A DNA stretch of 62,921 nt, the filler included, from Octopus bimaculoides (Eukaryota): assembly GCF_001194135.2 (NCBI RefSeq). It is 6 parts of 6 records of this genome, joined end to end, with 100 filler letters (N's around TTAATTAATTAA, not from the genome) between each part and the next. Parts side by side here need not be neighbours in the genome. Positions count along the whole stretch, not along the records: positions 7,638 to 27,699 come from NC_068987.1; positions 27,800 to 42,717 come from NC_068990.1; 4 more parts are not named here. One strand, given 5' to 3'. Below are positions 25,758-34,762 of this stretch, piece after piece. Made by a program: the position numbers and the translations under genes. Numbering within the stretch: the first letter of the stretch is position 1; each line of letters begins with the position of its first letter. The notes under the pieces are model-generated. The model searched no databases and was not told the DNA's origin. It was given only the letters and a program-made list of their open reading frames with translations.

Positions 25758-25861
25758 GAATATTTGCATTATAAGAAATTTAATTCATTTTCATTGTATC
25801 TTGGTAGGGTCATTATGCCAATAAACACACACACACACACACACTGGCTCTATTTCACTTA

Positions 25862-26237
25862 TCTTTTGTCTTTTATTTGTTTCGGTCATTAAACTGCAAC
25901 CATGCTGGGGCACTGTGCTGAAGAATCAACTCCAGGACTTATTTTTTTTAAACCTGGACTTATTCTATCAGTCTTGTTTACTGAACCACAATGTTACGGG
26001 AATGTAAACACCAAAACCAGTTGTCAAGTGGTTGATGGGGACAAACACAGGCACAAAGTCACACACAAACACATGCATTTACAATAATGGGCTTCTTTCA
26101 GTTTCCATCTCTCAAATCCACTCACAAGGGTTTGGTCACCCGAGGCCATAGTAGAAAATACTCGCCCAAGGTGCCATGCCATGGGACTGAACCTGGAACC
26201 ATGTGGATGAGAAGCAAGCTTTTGACCACACAGCCAC
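25862..26237 (-). mobile_element. SINE family A in an ATRAID intron
   Basis: Reverse family A copy. Confidence 0.85.
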
Positions 26238-27198
26238 TTCTTTCTCTTATTTGTTAATATGCTAACATTGAACCAATTAATCAATCGTCTGATTACTCAA
26301 TCAGACGATCAATGAATCAGCTAGATTTGTCAAAGTCTTTTCATCATCATTCATAACCTCTTCAATGCCCACATTCTCACTCATGTCCTTACAAATATAG
26401 CACCCGTAAACTGACAGAAAAACAGGCAGACCCAAAACAGACCTGGAGTAGAGCAGGCTTGTTATTGATGAGATTGCAAATGGCAATTAAAAGACATTGA
26501 AAGAGCCTACCAGATTGCTTGACTGTCCAAATGGTTAATCGAACAATCAGTTAAATATTTAATCAATTGACAAATGAAAATAAAGAAGTGAAATACAACT
26601 AGTGCATGTGTTTATTATTGGTATAATGACCCTCCCAAGGTATGAGAAAATCTCTTTCAATACATGAGTTCACATTAAGAATCACCCAATGAACTCTGTA
26701 TAGTGGTTGGTATTAGGAAGGGCATCCAGCTGTACAAAAGAAAAAAAAATCATGCCAATAGACAGTGGAGCTTAGCAAAATACCAGCTCCTGACAAACTG
26801 CCCAACCCATGCCAGATGGATGTTAGATAAAGATGATAGTGGTGGTAGTAGCAGTGTGGTGGTGGTGGTGATGATGATGATAATACTAGCAAACAAAATA
26901 CAAAAACGAAAAATTCATTTTCTCTTTCAGCATAGATGATGTATTAATTGATGTTTTAGCTCATGAAGTTTTAGTTACAATCCACAGTATGTATTTCACT
27001 GTGTATTTAATCAATTTATAAGAATTCTACATGCATATATACAGGAGTGTATATCACCCTTAAAAGAAAAACAAATAAGCATTTGCAATAGAAGGAAATT
27101 GTTTTTTGTCTCCATCCATAGAAGCTCGAAACCAGAGCTAAGAAACAACTCTAAAAAGTATTGAAGAGTTTTGTAGCCACTTATGTCAGGAAACTTAC

Positions 27199-27273
27199 AA
27201 AATGTCCATGTCCAAATATTCTCCAAATATTTTGCTGTGCAATTCTTTTATTTTGCAACCAGTTAAATCAAGC
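27199..27273 (-). CDS. ATRAID: ATRAID LRR exon: LDLTGCKIKELHSKIFGEYLDMDI(L)
   Basis: Acceptor ttttaaatttcag|G, donor TT|gtaagt, 75 nt, phase 2 to 2. It matches human (G)LDLQNCSLED and joins in frame to exon 23962-24080. Confidence 0.85.
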
Positions 27274-27389
27274 CTGAAATTTAAAAAAAAAAAATATGAA
27301 TACATTTACAAAGAAACATTTACATATAAGCATCGTCATTAACATTTTTTTATGTCTGCTTTACCATTCTTTCATGGTTACGTAAGTGT

Positions 27390-27610
27390 TTACTCTTTTA
27401 CTTGTTTCAGCCATTTGACTGCGGCCATGCTGGAGCACTGCCTTTAATCGATCAAATCGACCACAGGACTTATTTTTTGCAAGCCTGGTACTTATTCTAT
27501 CGGTCTCTTTTGCAGAACCGCTAAGTTACGGGGACGTAAACACACCAGCATCGGTTGTCAAGCGATGGTGGGGGGACAAACACAGACACACAAACATACA
27601 CACACATCAT
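27390..27610 (-). mobile_element. 3' half of SINE family A
   Basis: Reverse tail and body to the microsatellite, followed by a family F fragment. Confidence 0.8.
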
Positions 27611-27699
27611 CATCATCATCATCGTTTAACGTCCGCTTTCCATGCTAGCATGGGTTGGACGATTTGACTGAGGACTGGTGAAACCGGATGGCAACACCA

Positions 27700-27799
27700 N
27701 NNNNNNNNNNNNNNNNNNNNNNNNNNNNNNNNNNNNNNNNNNNTTAATTAATTAANNNNNNNNNNNNNNNNNNNNNNNNNNNNNNNNNNNNNNNNNNNN
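27700..27799. other. Artificial scaffold linker 44N-TTAATTAATTAA-44N
   Basis: Same 100-bp structure as at 7538. Confidence 0.95.
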
Positions 27800-28078
27800 A
27801 AACCCACCGACTTATCCCGGTTGATTTTCGCTCTCGTTACCTCTTCGTAGTCTTTCAGCGTCTCGCCGACAAGCTCGATGAGCTCGTGGCTAGACGCTAT
27901 GACGGTGACGTCGTCCGCGTATGCCGACACGCTCGTCCCGCACCCCAGTTCTCGCGGGATGCCCCTCAGCGTCGCCAGCTTCCGCAGTAGTGGCTCGAGA
28001 GTCAATACGTACAGGAGCGGCGACAGGGGGCATCCCTGACGAACCAAACGTGCAATGTCGAAGGGTCCCGATAGACGT
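27800..28078 (-). mobile_element. L1/Tx1-clade LINE reverse transcriptase fragment
   Basis: Uninterrupted frame GRLSGPFDIARLVRQGCPLSPLLYVLTLEPLLRKL...VSAYADDVTV...KINRDKS, with the RT4 QGCPLSP and YADD motifs. It is cut by the linker. Confidence 0.9.
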
Positions 28079-28514
28079 CCAGATAGATAGATTAAAATCC
28101 AGGCAAATACATTATAAGCACTCCGTAGGAATCAAATTCAACTAACTAAACTGTCCTATGAAAGTCATTGTAATCCACGTCGACCGTAAAATTACCACTT
28201 ACCGCTGTCTCTCACTTGCAAATCCGAAGTTCGAAAACCGAAGAATTTCAGTTCAAATTCACATAATTAAATAAAAGAAATGAATTAACATTAAAATGTA
28301 CATTTTACTTAGATGAACCTTTCAAACCTTAGCAAATAAATGGGATACTTATTTGTGTATCTTAATATAATAGTTTAGACCTGGCTTTCACTCTTATATA
28401 ATTATTTATCTGATTACTTTATCAAATTATTTTACTCATGCTAATTTACTTATTTTTATAATTATTGTAATTGTTACTGTTATGGTGTTTGATGACTGTT
28501 ATTACTATGATTAA

Positions 28515-28765
28515 TAAGGTGGTGAGCTGGTAGAATTGTGAGCACGCTGGGCAAAATACTTAGCGGCATTTCGTACGTCCTTACGTTAAGAGTTCAAATT
28601 CCGCCGAAGTCGACTTTACCTTTCAGCCTTTCGAGATCGATAAAATAAGTACTAGCTGAACATTTTATCGGGGTCGATAAGATATGTACCAGTTGCACAA
28701 TGGGGTCGATCTAATCGACTTATCCTTTCCCCCAAAATTGTGCTTTTAGTAGAAAGGATTATTAT
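28515..28765 (+). mobile_element. SINE family B
   Basis: aaggtggtgagctggtagaa head through to the tagaaaggattattatt tail. Confidence 0.8.
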
Positions 28766-28809
28766 TGTTTTACGTCTGTTTCAAATTGTGTATCAACATT
28801 GTTCAAATA

Positions 28810-29040
28810 GATGAGTGAGCTGGCAAAAACGTTAGCACGCCGGGCGAAATGCTTAGCGATATTTCGTCTGCTGTTACGTTCCGAGTTCAAATTCCGCCGA
28901 GGTCGACTTTGCCTTTCATCGTTTTGAGGTCGATAAATTAAGTGCCAGTTACGCACTGGGGTCGATGTAATCGACTTAATCCCTTTGTTTATCCCCTCTA
29001 TGTTTAGCCCCCTTGTGGGCAATAAATAAATAAGATGAAT
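28810..29040 (+). mobile_element. SINE family B (alternative tail subfamily)
   Basis: Close match to the first monomer at 24702, including the tagcccc..tgtgggca tail. Confidence 0.85.
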
Positions 29041-29862
29041 GAGATATAGGAAACTAAGTATCATCATACACCTCTAGCATGATCTGATAAGCACTAATAA
29101 GTAGGTCTGCTGAAATACCTGGTCAAATATTGCAAGTTTTCCTGCTATTGATCTGCCTTGATTGCGTTAAAGTTCTTTGATTCTATAGAATTTTAGTCGA
29201 TTAAATATTAGATCGATTAATATGCATGATTACTGTAGCTCAGAATTTCTAAATGCCAACTTGTCTGAAACGTGCAAAGCGAATTAAAGAAAGCTTGCTA
29301 CTCTATCCTTTGCTTCTTATTTATACATACGCACACACACACATACATGCGCACGCACAGATATATGTATGCATGAATGCACGTGTGTATGTATGTATGT
29401 ATGTAGGTAGGTAGGCATACATGTAAATATATACGTATACATTTTATATTTTATCAATTAACTGTTTCAGTTATTAGACCGCGGCCATGCTGGGGCACCG
29501 CCCTGAAGAATTTTAGTCGAACAGATCGACTCGAGTACCCATTTTCTTTCTAAGCCTGGTCCTTATTCTATCGGTCTCTTTTGCCGAACAGTTATGTTAC
29601 ACGGACGTAAATACGTCAACACTAATTGTTAGGTGGTGTTGGGAGACAAACACAGACACATAGTCACACACACACACACTCACTCACACTCGCGGATACG
29701 CATATGTGTGTATGTGTGTTATAGTATTATATTGCGCTTACCTGCTTATATTAATATTTCTTATACGCCTTAGCATTTCGCTAAATCAGCCATAAATCTT
29801 TTCGATAAAAATACATACACTGACTGCCGGATTTGGCCAAGCCATCGAGCATTTGAGTAGTT

Positions 29863-29904
29863 ACTACTGATGAGCCTACAGCAGATAGGCGAAACTAGTT
29901 TAGT
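29863..29904 (+). ncRNA. Minimal type I hammerhead ribozyme with an intact catalytic core
   Basis: acta CTGATGA GCCTA cagcaga TAGGC GAAA C TA G T T tagt: stem I acta/tagt, stem II 5 bp, palindromic stem III ACTAGT, GUU cleavage triplet. Confidence 0.75.
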
Positions 29905-29958
29905 CTAGTGATTCTAGAGAGGCTCATGAGGTGTTTATCTCCCCTGTCAGTGTATATA

Positions 29959-31218
29959 TTAGGTCATCCCATAAATAATGCGGGTTTTTTTCAGTTGCAT
30001 GAGCTAAAATCGGAGGGGGACGGGATAAACTACCTGCATCAACTTCCTATAAAAGCGGGTAGTAATTTTACATTATACTTATTCTTAGTGCAAGTTTTGA
30101 AGAATGCAGTTCGATTTTAACAGTTATTTTTTACAGAGCTATAATGGAAGTGACAAAGGAACATATTCGGCATATTTTGCTTTATGAGTTCAATACAGGC
30201 AGCAACACAAGGGAAAGTGCGAGGAAAAATAATGCAGTATATGGGAATCCTACTATAAGCGTATGCCAGTATCAACGGGGGTTCCAGAAATTACAGGCCA
30301 GAAACTACAGTCTAGAAGATGAGCCTCATCCTGGAAGATCTGTAGAGTTTGAAGAGGACATACTGCAAATTCTGGTGGAACAAAATCCCATCGTAAATAC
30401 TGAGGAACTAGCATAGAAACTTGGATTTGGTCATTCAACCATTCATCGACACCTGCGTGCCATCGGATAAGTCAGCAATTTGGGTCAATGGGTTCCTCAC
30501 AAAACTTTCCGAGTCTAATCGCGCGCAGAGAGTAAATGTGTGCTCTTCTTTGCTGTCACGTTCAACGAAAGAACCTTTTTTGGACCAAATAGTGACTGGT
30601 AACGAGAAATAGGTTCTGTATAAAAATTCCAAGCGCCGAAGACAGTGGGTAGGGAAAGGAGAAACACAGGTACCCCAGGCTAAAGAAGGACTTCACATTC
30701 ATAAGGTGTTGTTGTCTGTTTGGTGGAATATGAAAGGTTTAGTCCACTTTGAATTAAACCTAAACCAAACGATAACAAAGGAGATCTACTGCGAACAGTT
30801 TCAGCGGCTTTACTCAGCACAAGAAGAAAAACGATCATGTTTGGTTTCAAGACAAAAGGAATTCATCCATCAGGATAATGCTCAGCCACATACCACCAAG
30901 ATGACATTCCAAAGGTTGGAGTAGTTTGAATGGGAAATGATGCCCCACCCACCATATTCACCAGACATTGCCCCATTTAATTATCATTTATTCTGCAAAC
31001 TTTTCAATGGAAAAAAATATGAATTCTGTAGACGAGGTCAAAACAGTACTGGAGGAGTATTTTTCGTCACGGACATGTGAATTTTGGAAGATGGGGCTTG
31101 TAAGTCTACCAGATAGATGGAAGAACATTGAAGAAAATGAAGGAGAGCATATTTTAAATTAAAAAAGAACTTTCTTCAGCTTAATTTCGAAAATAAAAGA
31201 GAGTATAAAAGATTGCAT
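29959..31218 (+). mobile_element. Mariner (DD34D) transposon, full-length transposase pseudogene (ORF remnants 30144-31162)
   Basis: HIRHILLYEF..., WVPHKL (across a frameshift), IVTGNEK (D to N), KVLLSVWWNMKG, HQDNAQPH, PYSPDIAP, LPDRW. The left TIR TTAGGTCATCCCATAAATAATGCGG follows a TA. The right TIR is truncated. Confidence 0.95.
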
Positions 31219-31689
31219 TTCGAGGATTCAACGACAATATGAGTCTTCGAAGACTGTTGCTCTTATAAATACCAAAATCAAATTTTGGATTTATGGAAGG
31301 TCAAAGTTGGGAATAAAAGCAGAACAGTAGAGACATACAAGGAAACCGAACGAAAAGAAACATGGAGGGTCGTTAGACCAGAGCTAGGGCAAAATCGTGA
31401 ATGCCGGAAGAAATATTTCCTTCGAAAAGAGAAAAGATAGAAGATAAAGATAGATAGAACGTCGCGCAGGAAAAGAAAGATGGTCACGTGAGGAAAAGAA
31501 AGCTGGACGATGGTCACGTGTGAGCAACGAGAGATAAAAAGAGAAAGAGAGGAGAGTGTGAGAGAGATAGAAAACGGTGAAGGGGAGAGAAAGGGAATTA
31601 GAGAAGGATGCGGGAGGAAACAGTATAGGATAGTCTCGCATCAAAACGGTTAAGATAAGCTTACTTAGAAATGGATGCGTGGCGTGTCA

Positions 31690-31950
31690 ACGAAATCCCC
31701 TCACAAGGCTTTTGTCGTCCTAAGGCTATAGAAGAAGACACTTGCCCAAGGTTCTACGCAGTGGGACTGAACCCGAAACCATGTGGTTGGAAAGTAAGCG
31801 TCTTACCACACAGCCACGCTTGCGCCTATGTACGACGAGCTTCTTTCAGGTTCTGTCTACCAAATCCGTTAACAGGGTCGGCCCGATGCAATAATAAAAG
31901 ATAATTGCCCAAGGTACCATTCAGTGAGACTGAACCTGGAACCATGAGCA
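31690..31950 (-). mobile_element. Two partial SINE family A copies
   Basis: Reverse head and CORE-like blocks. Confidence 0.7.
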
Positions 31951-32589
31951 GGACTAGTAGTACGTATCAAGGTCCCAACAAGGGGTTAACTTTAACACAT
32001 ATGATGACATAACATCTGACCGCGGAGACGTAGAAATTCCCTTTGTTAGTTTCAATGTACGCAGTAAAATGATGGGAGTGAGGAACCCCTAAATATTGTC
32101 ACAGCATCCTTCTAGGGAAAGGATCTTTCTGATATAAAACCTGTGGCTTCAAGTTATTACTAGTCATCTTTTCCGCCTGTCACTAAGTACTAATCACGGA
32201 GGCTAAGAAAGTGGTACTCATATTGTACAAGCGTTTATCACCATAATTCTGTGACGTACAGATGTCTCTTTGTGATGACCTCATTTGCCCTTCTGTCTAC
32301 TGAAAGTCCTATAGTGACGGAAGAGTGGCAGAACTAACCTTACATACTTGCAACGGGACTGAATAGTAATCTGAGAGGTCATGAATAGAATGTCAGTATG
32401 CTATTAACAAGAAAGCAAAGAAAAGAAAGAAAGAAAAATGATGGCAATCATCTGTTAAGATGCAGTAATCACCATATTTTCTTCTTTTATTGTTTTACAC
32501 ATTTCAGTCCAAAAGCTGTGACCATGCTGGAGCACTGCCATTGTAATTTTCCTTTTCAATGCCCTATATTATGCAACTCACTTTTGGTG

Positions 32590-32705
32590 AAGTGGGAGGG
32601 CAGTTCAATACCGCTGTCCTGTTTTGAATTTATTGTCGTAATATAGGTTCATCTGGGACCTTGGATAGCAGGAGGTCAAATTGTTTCTTGAAAACATCAA
32701 CTCCT
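32590..32705 (-). mobile_element. CR1-like LINE 3' end fragment
   Basis: Translation VDVFKKQFDLLLSKVPDEP resembles the CR1-type terminal motif FKxxLDxxLxxVPDEP. Confidence 0.5.
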
Positions 32706-33005
32706 ACTCCATATACATACATACGTAAAGGGAAAAAAAAAGCAAAAAAAAGGAAGAAAGGGAAAGTGAGGGAGAAAGAAGGTGGAAAAGCGGAATCTAC
32801 ACGTATAATACATTAATTAGAAGCAGCATTACGAATGTGCCAGCACACACGAGCCTGAGACATGGCCGCCCTCACGCACTTCTCTCGAGTAATTCCAGAA
32901 GGGGCTTCGTAAGGCCAGTGCAGAGACACTTCCGGAAGAAGAAAAGGGAAAAGAAAAAAAAACGTTGGAAAACCGATCATAGCAGTGACTCGATCAGTCC
33001 CTAGG

Positions 33006-33047
33006 GATATCTGAAGAAGGAATTTCTATATTCCGAAATATTATGTT
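33006..33047 (+). ncRNA. Minimal hammerhead ribozyme motif with a conserved core and an extra A after A9
   Basis: gatat CTGAAGA a GGAAT ttctat ATTCC GAAA TAT T atgtt: stem I gatat/atgtt, stem II 5 bp, palindromic stem III ATAT. Confidence 0.6.
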
Positions 33048-33490
33048 AGGCTTTGGATGATTAAANNNNNNNNNNNNNNNNNNNNNNNNNNNNNNNNNNN
33101 NNNNNNNNNNNNNNNNNNNNNNNNNNNNNNNNNNNNNNNNNNNNNNNNNNNNNNNNNNNNNNNNNNNNNNNNNNNNNNNNNNNNNNNNNNNNNNNNNNNN
33201 NNNNNNNNNNNNNNNNNNNNNNNNNNNNNNNNNNNNNNNNNNNNNNNNNNNNNNNNNNNNNNNNNNNNNNNNNNNNNNNNNNNNNNNNNNNNNNNNNNNN
33301 NNNNNNNNNNNNNNNNNNNNNNNNNNNNNNNNNNNNNNNNNNNNNNNNNNNNNNNNNNNNNNNNNNNNNNNNNNNNNNNNNNNNNNNNNNNNNNNNNNNN
33401 NNNNNNNNNNNNNNNNNNNNNNNNNNNNNNNNNNNNNNNNNNNNNNNNNNNNNNNNNNNNNNNNNNNNNNNNNNNNNNNNNNNNNNNNNN

Positions 33491-34330
33491 CCCCGGAAGA
33501 ACCAGCATACTCCCAAGCCCGGCACATGCTTCCTAAAGCTACCACACTTTGACGACAGAACTGCTGCAGCGATACAACACGCAATCCGCAGGGAAGAACT
33601 CGTGAAAAGCTCTGTCCAAGAACAACACTTCTCACTACTTTGAGGAGTGCACATTGTCGAACTGCCCCATCAATGACCCTGAATTGTGCCAGAGGACCTA
33701 TGTCGTATATGAGATCATCTGTGGCAAATGTAGCGCATCCTACATCGGAAGCACGACAAGAAAATTGCATGTACGCATTAAGGAACACATGCAGGCAGAC
33801 ACTTCTGTGAAGAAACATCTACGGAAATGCCAGACCCGGGAATTCACAGTGCACATCAAGGCAACACAGCGGAACAGGGGCAACCTTAGAATCTCTCAGG
33901 ACATCCTCATACACCAAAAGAAACGCAAGATCACCAATAGAAAGGAGTTATAGGAAGCTATCTGGTTGCTATGGCAACACCCTTCTGTACGTGTCCACTC
34001 CACAAACGCTCACACACGCATATCGGCAACATTCGTCAATTTCTTGAAAATGGGGTATAAACCCGAAATATTGAATACAAGGTAAGTCTACATTAATTCA
34101 CTTATTTGTTTTCTTGTGATTTACCTTGCATTTACTTCGCATTGTTTTGGCCTTACCCACGATCGGCAATTTCCCCTTGCTGGTTTGACATCCACAGACT
34201 AGTTTCGGCTACTCCACATTGATAAGCGGCAACTACCCCGAAATTAGTCTGTGGATGTCAAACCAGTAAGGGGAAGCTGCTGACCTCCCCTGTTCGAAGG
34301 TTGTAATGGACACAGGTTTGTGTCACATAG
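33491..34330 (+). mobile_element. Penelope-like element 3' part: linker, GIY-YIG endonuclease (to 33953) and pLTR-like tail
   Basis: FLKLPHFDD..AIRREEL, then CQRTYVVYEIICGKCSASYIGSTTRKLHVRIKEH (VVY...YIG...R..EH). Downstream are hammerhead-like motifs at 34039-34076 and 34213-34255 and a splice-donor-like AAG|GTAAGT at 34082. Confidence 0.85.
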
Positions 34331-34457
34331 CTAGCTAGAGTCGATGGCCTCTTGGAGCTAATCAACAACATCATTCGACCTATTTTCCTGCCATGTTAGC
34401 TTGGCGATAACTATTAATATATGTATACATAGATTTTACATAAGTATGTATATATTT

Positions 34458-34508
<51 letters not shown>

Positions 34509-34711
34509 CGCGTATATTTTATATGAGTTAAATATTTTAGGTATGATTCTGCCAAAGGTTGACCCAGGCGAGGATGTATACATTAGAAGAGTGTTTGAAG
34601 CGTGCCAAGTAATTGTTTAAAGAAGATAGAAAAGGGTAAAACATTGCTGAAAATGTACCTTTTTGATGATTTGTATCAAATAAACTGCGAAACTCTCAAT
34701 TCCTGTATGTG

Positions 34712-34762
<51 letters not shown>

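Noticed and set aside
26301-26486. 61-aa ORF as the missing ATRAID LRR exon
   Set aside because: It has no LRR pattern and no suitable phase-2 splice sites.
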